Positions 1 to 9,573 of a DNA stretch of 53,186 nucleotides are shown piece after piece (within the stretch, counting starts at the first letter, position 1; every line of letters begins with the position of its first letter). The notes beneath the pieces were generated by a model, which was not told the origin of the DNA, made no database searches, and worked only from the letters and a program-made list of their open reading frames with translations. The stretch is from positions 1 to 53,186 of the forward strand of contig CBFGKC010000016.1 of assembly GCA_965649265.1 (NCBI GenBank), written 5' to 3'. Made by a program: the position numbers and the translations under genes. Source of the DNA: a candidate division WOR-3 bacterium. GTDB lineage: Bacteria > Hydrothermota > Tepidihabitantia > B3-TA06.

Positions 1-376
1 CCTGACGCGCCAGGATGATGTGCTCGCGGGTCTGAGGCATCGGTCCGTCCGCGCCTGATACCACTAGAATCGACCCGTCCATCTGCGCAGCGCCCGTTAT
101 CATGTTCTTGATGTAGTCGGCGTGGCCAGGACAATCGATGTGCGCGTAATGACGGTTGTCCGTCTGGTACTCGATGTGCGCCAGCTGGATCGTCAAGCCC
201 CTCGCCTTCTCCTCCGGTGCCTTGTCGATCTCGTCGTATGCCGTAAACTTCGCCCCGCCCTTCAACGCCAATACCTTCGTTATCGACGCCGTCAGCGTCG
301 TCTTGCCGTGATCCACGTGACCGATCGTGCCGATGTTCACGTGAGGCTTACTTCTGTCAAACTTGGCCTTCGCCAT
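1..376 (-). CDS. tuf: Elongation factor Tu, N-terminal part (runs off the window start)
   Basis: Manual translation from ATG at 376: [31 protein letters not shown]...[26 protein letters not shown]; SD AAGGAGG upstream. Missing from the ORF track because it is truncated. Confidence 0.99.
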   Translation of the reverse strand, partial: MAKAKFDRSKPHVNIGTIGHVDHGKTTLTASITKVLALKGGAKFTAYDEIDKAPEEKARGLTIQLAHIEYQTDNRHYAHIDCPGHADYIKNMITGAAQMDGSILVVSGADGPMPQTREHIILARQ

Positions 377-412
377 TGTATTTCCTCCTTGCTATTAAAG
401 CTTTAATTTGCA

Positions 413-485
413 AGCCCACGGCCAGAATTGAACTGGCGACCTCTTCCTTACCAAGGAAGTGCTCTGCCGACTGAGCTACATGGGC
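413..485 (-). tRNA. tRNA-Thr(GGT), CCA not encoded
   Basis: Reverse complement GCCCATGTAGCTCAGTCGGCAGAGCACTTCCTTGGTAAGGAAGAGGTCGCCAGTTCAATTCTGGCCGTGGGCT forms a cloverleaf with anticodon GGT; classic position upstream of tuf. Confidence 0.97.
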
Positions 486-517
486 GGAATTTTCCCAAAC
501 GCAAACGTAGAGCTGAA

Positions 518-545
518 ATTATAACGATTGTAGTGCTTTTGTCAA
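518..545 (-). promoter_or_regulatory. Sigma70-type promoter for tRNA-Thr/tuf
   Basis: TTGACA (545-540), 16 nt spacer, TATAAT (523-518) on the minus strand. Confidence 0.8.
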
Positions 546-667
546 GAGCGAAGCCTAGTGTAAATCACACCTTGCGAAAGATGTCCATCGTGTCGGAGCT
601 TGTCTATCTTTCATCAGAACCGTTCCCATGTGTCCTTTTGATTACCTCGAGACTGCCGTTTTTTTAT

Positions 668-1474
668 TTAAGGGCGATATCTGGAGTTTACCGGCTTCAC
701 TGTCTTCTGGGCTATTACTCCAACGGAAAGCACCGTCCATTGAAACAGCCTCTTGCGGCGCAGGCGTTCGGCAAGGCGCGAGAAAGCGGACGAGGGGGAG
801 GAGGGATACATGGGTAGTTTGAGGCCGATTTTCTTGAGTACGATTCGGAGTGCGCGGTAGCCCATGCCGGGCCTGGCCCAGTCGCCGTAGGTAAAGACCG
901 GTTCGAATCCAACCGATTTGAGGAGCCTGGTAAGGGAGGAGAGGGTAAACTGCCGCTCCCAGCCAGCGAACCACTTCCCAAGCGACATCTGCACGTGCTT
1001 CATGAGGGTGTAGGCGTTAAATGTCTGCGGCACGTCCACGACGATGAGTCCTGCGGGTTTGAGAAGACGATGGTTGGCCCGGAGCAGGGGGAAGGGGTCG
1101 CGGAAGTGTTCGAGAAGTCCCTGGTGGAAAAGGAGATCGAAGCTTTCGGGTTCGAGAGACGGATTAAGACCGTCGGCAAGAACGTAGGAGAGGCGTTTGC
1201 GTGTCTCGGGGTCGGCATTCTCGGCGAACTTGCGGGCGAGTTCAAGGCTTTTCTCGGAGATGTCGAGGATGGTTACGTATGCGCCACGCCGGGCGAGTTC
1301 GATCGATGTGCGACCCGTGCCTGCGCCTATCTCGATGATCTTCCAACCCCTGATGTCGGGCACGACGTATGCAATCTCGGCGGCGATGTCGGTAACGGGC
1401 GGGTAGACGTCGAGGTCCATCCTCTCAGTCCAAACCTTATCCCAGATTTCTGCCTTTGTCGGGTCGTATCTCAT
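668..1474 (-). CDS. Class I SAM-dependent methyltransferase
   Basis: Motif I IIEIGAGTG, acidic LDIS, FDLLF..GLLEHF..P and LKPAG post-II/III motifs. Confidence 0.92.
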   Translation of the reverse strand: MRYDPTKAEIWDKVWTERMDLDVYPPVTDIAAEIAYVVPDIRGWKIIEIGAGTGRTSIELARRGAYVTILDISEKSLELARKFAENADPETRKRLSYVLADGLNPSLEPESFDLLFHQGLLEHFRDPFPLLRANHRLLKPAGLIVVDVPQTFNAYTLMKHVQMSLGKWFAGWERQFTLSSLTRLLKSVGFEPVFTYGDWARPGMGYRALRIVLKKIGLKLPMYPSSPSSAFSRLAERLRRKRLFQWTVLSVGVIAQKTVKPVNSRYRP

Positions 1475-1596
1475 CTCTCAGCCGATCCTTTAACATTCGG
1501 AAATGCCCATATAGGGGTCCCCGCGAAATTGCGAAGCGATTTTGTGGGGTAAAAGACTTTATCCCATATCTCTGCTTTCGTCGGGTCGTACTTCAT
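1471..1596 (-). CDS. 41-aa micro-ORF (or gene remnant) duplicating the first 14 aa of the downstream methyltransferase
   Basis: MKYDPTKAEIWDKVFYPTKSLRNFAGTPIWAFPNVKGSAER*, versus MRYDPTKAEIWDKVW; its stop overlaps the methyltransferase start (ATGA). Confidence 0.45.
   Translation of the reverse strand: MKYDPTKAEIWDKVFYPTKSLRNFAGTPIWAFPNVKGSAER
1514..1550. repeat. 37-bp REP-like hairpin element (GGGGTCCCC family), copy 1
   Basis: ggggtccccgcgaaattgcgaagcgattttgtggggt; 33/37 identical to 18470-18506; looser relatives near 11685-11718 and 18618-18654. Confidence 0.75.
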
Positions 1597-1745
1597 TATT
1601 GGAGCTTCCCCTTTGAGTCTGAAGTCTCTTCAAAATTGCTCTGCCACGATGAAACCTCTGCCTGCGCTTGTTTTACCAGGAAAAATTGAATCATTGTATG
1701 ATTATGTCGATGTCACCGGAAAAGTCAAGGATAACCGGCCTGCCT

Positions 1746-2285
1746 CTATTTAAGAAGGGTAAACGATTCAAAGAATCGCTTGAAGTACTCTCCGGGGATA
1801 GCGCCGATTACTGACTGTGTCATTATCTCGTAAAGACGCATGCCGACAAGATAGTTCCGCGATGTGTATACCAGAGGTGTTCCTGAGCTGGTTCCGGTTA
1901 CCTGTATCTTCCTGCCCCTGTTGCCGTCGAGCGAGTCTCTTTCATTATAAATAACCTCAACGTCCTGAAGGTTCGATGTGACCTTGGGTAATTCACCCTC
2001 CAGAAGTGTTTGAAGCTCCGATTCCTTCATCTCCGCGTCCTTCAGGTGAGCAAAATCGGTGTAACTTATCACGAACGATCCGACCGGAAGCAACGAAACA
2101 TAGAAGTACGTTGTGATGAGCTGCGAGCCGGCCATGTTAAGAGCCGAATCAAGCTTGACCTCACCCGGCATCTCGAAGCTGAAACTCGAATCAGGGCTTG
2201 TTATTTTCTGCCAGCTAAGCTCCTGCCCCCAGGCGAGAGTCGCCGACGCGGTGAGAAACGTGATTGCGATTAACGATTTATACAT
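1746..2285 (-). CDS. Exported protein, PsbP/DcrB-like fold family (paralog 1)
   Basis: Signal peptide, W..ITSPD..F...MPG start and RLYEI...FFESF end, shared with 2878-3423, 3513-3965 and 8863-9378. The fold assignment is inference. Confidence 0.75.
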   Translation of the reverse strand: MYKSLIAITFLTASATLAWGQELSWQKITSPDSSFSFEMPGEVKLDSALNMAGSQLITTYFYVSLLPVGSFVISYTDFAHLKDAEMKESELQTLLEGELPKVTSNLQDVEVIYNERDSLDGNRGRKIQVTGTSSGTPLVYTSRNYLVGMRLYEIMTQSVIGAIPGEYFKRFFESFTLLK

Positions 2286-2528
2286 GGCTAATTAGACGCA
2301 AAATACATAGAAAGTCAATCAATCACAATTGAAGAATCATCTTCACAATTAATCATTTCAAAACAAATCTATCATTCAATATTTTTGCAAAATCCGTCAG
2401 ACGTATTTGAGAAGGGCTGAGGAGGGCTAGCCCCGGGGGCGCATGCGCAGATTTTACATTACATGGCAATATCTCTTCTATAAAGGATTCTGAGGAGGGT
2501 TGAGGGCGCTGAGAGGGGCTGAGGGGGA

Positions 2529-2634
2529 GGCTGAGTGAGGGCGGCGACATCGAATGTCGCTTGTCGAACTTCGTTCGACCGTTCGGTTTGCACTATGTCA
2601 ATGCATTTTCAGTCAGGTGGTTTCTGAGGAGGGC
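2529..2634. repeat. 106-bp double-hairpin dispersed repeat, copy 1, embedded in CTGAGGAGGG decamers
   Basis: One mismatch versus 22675-22780; hairpins GCGACAT-cga-ATGTCGC and GTCGAAC-ttc-GTTCGAC. Confidence 0.9.
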
Positions 2635-2877
2635 TGAGGAAGGCTGAGGGGGGCTTTGGTCTGGGTACTTACCGAAAGGATATATCTGACAAGGAGAGGG
2701 GGGGAAGTTCCATAAGAAAAGGACGTGTTAATATGGTCTGCTCCCCAAAAAGACGCTCCGCAGCGGTTTGGGATGCAAAGATTTAAAAAAAGGATCCCCG
2801 CAATTGCACGAAGTGTTATTGCGGGGATAATTACTGGATTTCCGTAAAAATGCACAGCATTTTTTACGGGGGTTTTT

Positions 2878-3423
2878 TTATATCAGCTTGAACGAATCCA
2901 TGAATTTGGCGATATCGGGGTTATTGGCATCACCCTTGACGGTGGTGACCATCACCTGGTAAAGGCGGGTGCCCACGAGATAGACCTTGCCGAAGATGAC
3001 CATCTCGGTCTCGTTCTTCGTCCCCTCGGCACGGTATTCGATACCGGGATGCCCGCTAAGGGTGGTGTTTCTCTTGTAGATGAACTCACCGTCAGGGAAG
3101 GTGTTGAGTGCACCTTCAACGCCGCCTTCGAGAATGTCGTTCTTGTCCGAATCCGTAAGCTCGGCATCCTCAAGAAAATCCATCTGGTTGTACGCAATCA
3201 TGTAGTAGGCCTTGGAAAGGCTGACCGAGTACATGTAGATCTCGATGTTGCCTGCAACGGTCGAGGCCGTGTTCGATTCAACCTCCACGTCCTTTGAAGG
3301 CATTAAAACCGAAAAGCCTGCATCCTCGGCGTCGTATTTCTGCCAGTCGGCCTTGGCGCCGCATCCGACAAAAAGAATGGCTGCGGCAAAAAGGCAAAGT
3401 GCTGTTCTAAAGGTGGATTTCAT
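2878..3423 (-). CDS. Lipoprotein, PsbP/DcrB-like family (paralog 2)
   Basis: Lipobox FVGC, WQKY...GFSVLMP, RLYQV...KFMDSFKL; SD AGGAGG. Confidence 0.85.
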   Translation of the reverse strand: MKSTFRTALCLFAAAILFVGCGAKADWQKYDAEDAGFSVLMPSKDVEVESNTASTVAGNIEIYMYSVSLSKAYYMIAYNQMDFLEDAELTDSDKNDILEGGVEGALNTFPDGEFIYKRNTTLSGHPGIEYRAEGTKNETEMVIFGKVYLVGTRLYQVMVTTVKGDANNPDIAKFMDSFKLI

Positions 3424-3512
3424 ATGTCCTCCTAGTGATAGTTTATTTTGAATGGATTAAACGCAGGAAGGATCGTTTGTCAAGCATTCGTTAACCTTGA
3501 TGGAAAAACCGG

Positions 3513-3965
3513 CTACGAGGTCAGTTCGAAGGAATCGAAGAATTTCAGTCTGTCCTTTTCCTTGAAATTCGAATCCGCGTCGACGCCAAGCTGATACACA
3601 CGCCTTGACACGAAGTAAACACGGGTCACGAAGACGCCCCGGGCTGATGCAACCTCGATTTGGAAACCCGGATAGTTGTGGAGGATTATGTCGTCGTAAC
3701 GGACGGGCCCCGCGCTCAAGTCTGCAAGCATCCTTCGCTTGATCTGCTCAACCTCGTCGGGAGCAGGCGATCGATCATCTGGAAGTATGCGGTCGTGAAA
3801 GGCGACCATGAAACTCGCCCGCGCCGATTTGACCTGGAACATCAGGGTTTCGGTCATCTCTCCGCTGCCAGGGCTGCGGTACTGCTCAGGTTTTCCCGGC
3901 ATGAGAACCCTGAATCTTCCCTGCGCGGAGACGAATTCTTCCCATTTGAGACCGGAACCGAACAT
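3513..3965 (-). CDS. PsbP/DcrB-like family protein without signal peptide (paralog 3)
   Basis: WEEFVSAQGRFRVLMPG...RVYQL...KFFDSFEL; apparently leaderless behind TTGACT-16-CATAAT. Confidence 0.8.
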   Translation of the reverse strand: MFGSGLKWEEFVSAQGRFRVLMPGKPEQYRSPGSGEMTETLMFQVKSARASFMVAFHDRILPDDRSPAPDEVEQIKRRMLADLSAGPVRYDDIILHNYPGFQIEVASARGVFVTRVYFVSRRVYQLGVDADSNFKEKDRLKFFDSFELTS

Positions 3966-4210
3966 GCGCCCATTATGCGCGAGAGGGTGAGGAAGTCAAG
4001 AAACCGAGCTTTGTTATTCGGCCGTTCATCTAGATTCTTCATAAACGGTATTTTGGAAAAACCGGAAGAAGCTTTGAGGATGGACTTGATACCGACGAGC
4101 GCCCGAGGCGCATGGGCAGACTTAGTTCGACCGGAAGGTTCCTGGGTATTTTTTAAAGAGGAAATGTGAAGGGTGTTACAGAGGGGGGCTGAGGAGGGCT
4201 GAGGAGGGCT

Positions 4211-5497
4211 TTATTCGGGTACAGACCAGCCGTCGCGTACGCTCAGGGCGTCACCCCAGAAGATTGTTTCTCTTCCGTAGTCGAGGCGAATGCCTGAGTC
4301 GGGCTTCTGATCTGCTGCGGGTGTTATTTCATTTTGATAAAGCTGCATATAAGAATCCCCGCAGGAGACGGGTACGTGTTGGGGTTGGGATGTTACGGAA
4401 GAAGAGGGCTGAGAGGAGGGGGAGGGTGGGAGTTGGTGTGTTACGGATGTTATTTCTTTTTGATAAAGCTGCATATAAGAATCCCCGTAAGGGACGGGTG
4501 TTACGGGTACGGGGATGGAGTCAAGGTAGTCGAGGATCATGCCGTCGGTATCGTCTTCGACGAAGTATCCCTTCGGATCTACCGGAATGCCTGAGACCCT
4601 GATCTCGTAATGCAGATGCGGCCCGGTCGCCCGGCCTGAGCTTCCCGTTGTTCCTATTACCTGGAAGCGTTTTACCTTGTCACCCGCCCAGACGTAGGCT
4701 CGCGACAGGTGCCCGTACAAGGTTTCGATTCCGTTGCCGTGATTGATCCTGATGCAGAGCCCGTAGCCTGCGTCAGGTCCTACAAAGATGCATGTTCCCT
4801 CGGCGCTGGCCATAACGGGTATGCCTTGCTTGCCCTCGCGGTCGGCGATGTCCAGACCGGAGTGAATGGCGGTGCGGTGTTCGAAGGGGTCAACCCTTGC
4901 GCCGAAGCTGGATGAGAAATATCCCTTTGTCGGCATGACGGACGGCGTCCGGTCAAGATTGGTTTTTTGTTCACCGAGCTTGCGGTCAATCTCCGAGAAG
5001 CTCTCTTCCTGGAAGCGTGTCCTGCGAGCGAGTTCTGCAACGGCTTTATCGAGTTTCGAGACGCGCTTGAAGCTCGAGGAACCGAGACTGTAAAGCTCCT
5101 GCATCTCCTCTGATTCCTCGTCCGGACCGCCCACACCGAGCATGCGCTCTCCCAGGGGCAGTATTTCAAAATTATTAGTCGTCCTTATCTCGTAATCGTG
5201 CAGGTCCATTTCGACCATCAGGTTCTTGAGGGAGTCGGCGTTCTCTTCGAGCAGCGCGTATTTTTTGAGGATCTTTTGCTTGATGTTTTCCAGGTGCGCG
5301 ACCTTGCATCGGCCGATGAGATTCGCCACTCCGCAAACCAGGAATCTGCCGCCTTCCCCGACGAGCCCGAGAACGGCGAGAGAGAAAACTAGGAGCACCC
5401 ACCAGCTAACTGTCAACCTTAAAGGCCTGTCCTTAGAACCACGATCGAAGAAAAACGTAACCCTCTTGCGAAGAGGGTTTATCCCACGCCTGAGCAC
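4211..5497 (-). CDS. M23 family metallopeptidase with N-terminal TM/coiled coil and a repeat-derived C-terminal extension
   Basis: HSGLD and ATGPHLHYE zinc motifs, TLYGHL; the tail contains duplicated GDSYMQLYQ.EIT. Confidence 0.93.
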   Translation of the reverse strand: MLRRGINPLRKRVTFFFDRGSKDRPLRLTVSWWVLLVFSLAVLGLVGEGGRFLVCGVANLIGRCKVAHLENIKQKILKKYALLEENADSLKNLMVEMDLHDYEIRTTNNFEILPLGERMLGVGGPDEESEEMQELYSLGSSSFKRVSKLDKAVAELARRTRFQEESFSEIDRKLGEQKTNLDRTPSVMPTKGYFSSSFGARVDPFEHRTAIHSGLDIADREGKQGIPVMASAEGTCIFVGPDAGYGLCIRINHGNGIETLYGHLSRAYVWAGDKVKRFQVIGTTGSSGRATGPHLHYEIRVSGIPVDPKGYFVEDDTDGMILDYLDSIPVPVTPVPYGDSYMQLYQKEITSVTHQLPPSPSSQPSSSVTSQPQHVPVSCGDSYMQLYQNEITPAADQKPDSGIRLDYGRETIFWGDALSVRDGWSVPE

Positions 5498-5868
5498 GAA
5501 TTATTATAGCTAAAAAAAATAAGTTTGTCAATACACCGAAATACTAACTAATAGTTGGACAATAAAATTGGTGTTTTTTATCTGAAATGAAAGCGAACAC
5601 ACCTCCCCCCTTGGATGTTACCGAAATGTCGAAACTTACATGGCTTGATTAGTCAATTGCAGAAAGTTTTTTTCGAAAAATCCCGGGGAGCCGGTCTTCC
5701 TTTTAAGAAGAGGTTCCTTCACCCGAGTCGAAGATTCACGGATTGCCGACGCTTGCGGAGCTATCAGAAGTTTATTGCGATTCCCCTCCCCCCTACCGTT
5801 CTCAATACTAACTACGAAGCCTTCATTAGTCCTTCTCTCATACAAAGATATTAATTGAAAAAGGAAGC

Positions 5869-6771
5869 CTACTCTTCTATTGTAGGTTCGTATCTTTCTT
5901 GAGTTATGCTTCGTGTTTTTAGATCTTTTGTAACTTGTTTTATAAAAGTCTCAAAATTGGGATTGTCCGGAAGAAGCTTGTTAATGGTGTCCCAATTTAT
6001 TTCGTAACGGCTATACGCTTGATACTTTACCTCCGATTTGCTCAAGGTATCTTCTTTGTTTAACTTAATCACCCCTATACCAAAACCCGTAGACAGTCTT
6101 TTCAGTTCTGTTTCAAATTCGGGGTTCTCGTCATCAAATATCTCGGCAACTAAGTAACTCTCGTTAGCCCAAGAGGAATTTGATAGTGCTTGAAAAAATG
6201 ATTTCTTCAGGTTCGATAGATACAACTCTTTCTTAACTTCAAAGGAATAAAGCTTAACCAGATTGGCACCCATTTCCTTTGCTAATTCCCATGTTTCTTC
6301 TCGCCATTTTGGCAATCCCGTTTTGGGCAATGAAATATGAACCCCCACAACGTCAGGGTGCAACCACTCATTATCACCTTTTTTTCGCTTCTTTGATTGT
6401 TTATCATTAATAATTTTCGTATACACACCCCATTTTGCGTGAAGCCATCGACATAGAATCGGGTAAAGTATGAACTCCCCTTTCTTTTCATCTTCTACAT
6501 CTTCGATACTTTCGGTTTCTTTTAAGTTTTTGAATGCTTTTTTTTGATGCTTTAAGTAGAATTTGACTGGACGCTGAGTCTTCTCAAAAAGCGTTTCTGG
6601 ATTATCCCGAAGATCCACGTATATAACTGACATTATACTATAATCAGGAGTTTTGCCTTTTGTTTTCCACCCCTTTTTTATTGCTGCTTCCGCGATTTCT
6701 TGGGCAGACATAGGTCGTTGCTCTTCCTCTAAAACCTTACGAACCCAATCTAAAACTGTTATTTTTTCCAT
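5869..6771 (-). CDS. HARE-HTH + PD-(D/E)xK nuclease-like protein (COG2958/HrgA-like)
   Basis: N-terminal wHTH with KGKTP..S; WLHPDVVG and YSFEVKKEL, QALSNSSWANESYLV; low GC. Confidence 0.85.
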   Translation of the reverse strand: MEKITVLDWVRKVLEEEQRPMSAQEIAEAAIKKGWKTKGKTPDYSIMSVIYVDLRDNPETLFEKTQRPVKFYLKHQKKAFKNLKETESIEDVEDEKKGEFILYPILCRWLHAKWGVYTKIINDKQSKKRKKGDNEWLHPDVVGVHISLPKTGLPKWREETWELAKEMGANLVKLYSFEVKKELYLSNLKKSFFQALSNSSWANESYLVAEIFDDENPEFETELKRLSTGFGIGVIKLNKEDTLSKSEVKYQAYSRYEINWDTINKLLPDNPNFETFIKQVTKDLKTRSITQERYEPTIEE

Positions 6772-6965
6772 TTCATTTCCCTCCTTAAATTTTTGAAATC
6801 ATAACTGAGGATCAAATCTTTGTCAAGAGCTACATCTCTCCAACCTTCGCACAAACTCTTTAATCCCTATTTCGATGCAGGGTCCCATTAACACTTGACC
6901 TTTGCGGGAATGGTGAGTAATATATCGCAGAAATAAAGAAAACTCGAAATTAGTTGGAGGAAATT

Positions 6966-8633
6966 GTGGCTATTTCCAAGTCGTTCAAGTACAAACCGTT
7001 ACACGCACCAAGGGGGACGAAACTCTCGTGCAAGGGCTGGCACCAGGAGGCCGCACTCCGGATGCTTCACAATAATCTGGACCCTCGAGTGGCCGAGGAC
7101 CCTGAGCATTTAATCGTCTACGGCGGCACGGGCAAGGCGGCCCGCAGCTGGCAAGCGTTTGCGGCGATCGTAAAGTCGCTGAAAACGATGGAATCGGATG
7201 AGACACTACTGGTTCAGTCGGGCAAACCCGTGGGCATTTTCCGCACGCATCCATACGCGCCGCGCGTACTCATAGCGAACTCCAACCTCGTTCCCAACTG
7301 GGCCAACTGGGACGAGTTCCGCAGGCTTGAGGCTTTGGGCCTCATCATGTATGGCCAGATGACCGCAGGTTCCTGGATTTACATCGGCACGCAGGGCATC
7401 ATCCAGGGCACGTACGAAACGCTTGCCGAACTTGCCCGCCAGCACTTCGGAGGAACGCTCAAAGGGAGGCTCGTGCTGACAGCCGGCATGGGAGGCATGT
7501 CGGGCGCGCAGCCTTTAGCCGTGACCATGAACGAGGGCTGCTGCCTGGACGTGGAGGTCAACGCGGCAAGGATTCAAAGGAAGGTCAACGAGGGCTTCTG
7601 CGATCGCATGACGGATAAGCTCGACGAGGCTTTGCGCTGGTGCGACGAGGCAAAGCGCAGTGGCGTTGGTTTATCCGTAGGGCTCGTCGGCAACGCGGCG
7701 GACGTGCATCCGGAACTTGTAAGACGAGGCATCATCCCGGACGTCGTGACCGACCAGACATCCGCGCACGACGAGTTGAACGGCTATGTCCCCCGGGGGA
7801 TAAGCTACGAACAAGCGCTGGAACTGAGGAAGGCTGACCCTAAGGCGTACGTCGTTAAAAGCTTCGAGTCCATGGCCCGGCACATGGAGGCGATGCTCGC
7901 GATGCAGAAGCAAGGCGCGGTCGCGTTCGACTACGGAAATAATATAAGAGGCCAGGCGAAAAAGGCGGGCGTCGCGAACGCGTTCGACGTCAAGGGCTTC
8001 GTTCCGCTTTATATTCGACCGTTGTTCTGCAAAGGCAAGGGGCCGTTTCGCTGGGCCGCGCTCTCCGGCAAGAAGGACGATATCTACGCGACCGACGAAA
8101 AGGTGTTGAAGCTGTTTCCGGATGACGCCGCGCTCCACCGCTGGATTAGGATGGCGCAAAAGCGCATACCCTTCCAGGGCCTGCCCTGCCGCATCTGCTG
8201 GCTTGGCTACGGCGAACGTGACAAGTTCGGGCTCGAGATTAACAAGATGGTGAAGAGCGGCAAGCTGGCCGCGCCCGTCGTGATGGGCCGCGATCATCTG
8301 GACACCGGCTCCGTTGCCTCGCCCAACCGCGAGACCGAGGCCATGCTGGACGGCTCGGACGCCATAGCCGACTGGCCGCTTTTGAACGCGATGCTCAACA
8401 CGGCGTCGGGCGCGTCATGGGTTTCCATACACCACGGCGGCGGGGTAGGCATGGGCCTTTCGATTCACGCAGGCCAGGTCACGGTCGCCGACGGAACAGC
8501 CGAGATGGCGAAAAGGATCGAAAGGGTATTGACAAATGACCCTGGAATTGGAGTCGTGCGACACGCCGATGCCGGTTATATTGACGCCCAGCAAATGGCT
8601 AAGCAGAAGGGTATTAAGATTCCGATGCGCTAA
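6966..8633 (+). CDS. hutU: Urocanate hydratase
   Basis: [54 protein letters not shown]; GTG start at 6966 after GGAGG (ORF track starts at 6954). Confidence 0.98.
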   Translation: MAISKSFKYKPLHAPRGTKLSCKGWHQEAALRMLHNNLDPRVAEDPEHLIVYGGTGKAARSWQAFAAIVKSLKTMESDETLLVQSGKPVGIFRTHPYAPRVLIANSNLVPNWANWDEFRRLEALGLIMYGQMTAGSWIYIGTQGIIQGTYETLAELARQHFGGTLKGRLVLTAGMGGMSGAQPLAVTMNEGCCLDVEVNAARIQRKVNEGFCDRMTDKLDEALRWCDEAKRSGVGLSVGLVGNAADVHPELVRRGIIPDVVTDQTSAHDELNGYVPRGISYEQALELRKADPKAYVVKSFESMARHMEAMLAMQKQGAVAFDYGNNIRGQAKKAGVANAFDVKGFVPLYIRPLFCKGKGPFRWAALSGKKDDIYATDEKVLKLFPDDAALHRWIRMAQKRIPFQGLPCRICWLGYGERDKFGLEINKMVKSGKLAAPVVMGRDHLDTGSVASPNRETEAMLDGSDAIADWPLLNAMLNTASGASWVSIHHGGGVGMGLSIHAGQVTVADGTAEMAKRIERVLTNDPGIGVVRHADAGYIDAQQMAKQKGIKIPMR

Positions 8634-8634
8634 T

Positions 8635-8850
8635 CCCCCTTCTGGTTCCCCCTTAATAGGGGGGACTTAGGGGGATCCTCCCTCCCCCGGTGGGAGGGGA
8701 TTAAGGGGAGGGGGGAGTAAAAATCACCCCCACCTCCACGCTCTTCCAGAGCGTAAACCTCACCCCATCAAGGGGGGAGGAAATTGAAGGAAGACAACAC
8801 ATACCTACTCCCTCCTCTGGTGGGAGGGAAAAGAAGGAAGGGGGAGGTAA
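8635..8850. repeat. Cluster of C-run/G-run palindromic REP-like elements between convergent genes
   Basis: CCCCCTTAATAGGGGGG, CCCTCCC-ccggt-GGGAGGG, CTCCCTCC-tct-GGTGGGAGGG; similar CCCCCCTTATTAAGGGG at about 18757 and 18975. Confidence 0.7.
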
Positions 8851-8862
8851 AAACCGCCGTCC

Positions 8863-9378
8863 TTAGAGAAAACGAAAAGAATGAAAGAATCTTCCTGCTC
8901 CAGGTTGAAGTAGAACCCATTTCGAGCCGGAAAGAACCGACAACTCATACAACTTTTTGTTCGTATAAAATAACCTGATACGATCCAGACAACCGTCCCC
9001 TCTTAAAACAATAACCTCACGGCCCTCAACACCGTCGAGGAAAATCTTTCTGCTTTTCAGCAATCTGTCGTGGGTAAAAATAATACCTTTGAGAAAGTTA
9101 TCATATATAAAGGGAGGTTCAATGCCTTTCAGGTCCAGGGGGACGTCTGCACACGAAACGTTAAAGAAACCGCCGAACGGCCCAAATGCATAGTAAGAGA
9201 CCACCTTAACGTCAATATTGAAAACCGAATCATGCACAATTTTTTCTTCTTCGCGAAAATCTTCCGGTATCATTACGCTAAACCCGGCCTGCGTGTTTTT
9301 TACCTCCTGCCACTTCGATGCGCAGCCCGTAGTCGCAATAACCAGCCCGACAAACATTGACACATTAAGATATCTCAC
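8863..9378 (-). CDS. Lipoprotein, PsbP/DcrB-like family (paralog 4)
   Basis: Probable GTG start at 9378 after GGAGG (ORF track 9501 includes the promoter); TTGC lipobox, WQEV...GFSVMIP, KLYEL...RFFHSFRF. Confidence 0.75.
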   Translation of the reverse strand: MRYLNVSMFVGLVIATTGCASKWQEVKNTQAGFSVMIPEDFREEEKIVHDSVFNIDVKVVSYYAFGPFGGFFNVSCADVPLDLKGIEPPFIYDNFLKGIIFTHDRLLKSRKIFLDGVEGREVIVLRGDGCLDRIRLFYTNKKLYELSVLSGSKWVLLQPGAGRFFHSFRFL

Positions 9379-9573
9379 ATCGCCTCCGATTCTTTTGTTT
9401 ACATGAATTCTACCTGCGAAACTTTGATTGTCAAGGGCGATTTCCGCTTTCTCGCCCCTCCTTAACTTATGAAAAAGTATTGCACCGATAGGTAAAAGCA
9501 CCGCCCCGGGCGGCGGTAGATAGCGAAAAAGAACAAGATCAAGATACCAATGGGATAAGGAATAACCAACGTC

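Noticed and set aside
122-817. Plus-strand ORFs 122-406 and 428-817
   Set aside because: Antisense to tuf, tRNA-Thr and the methyltransferase end.
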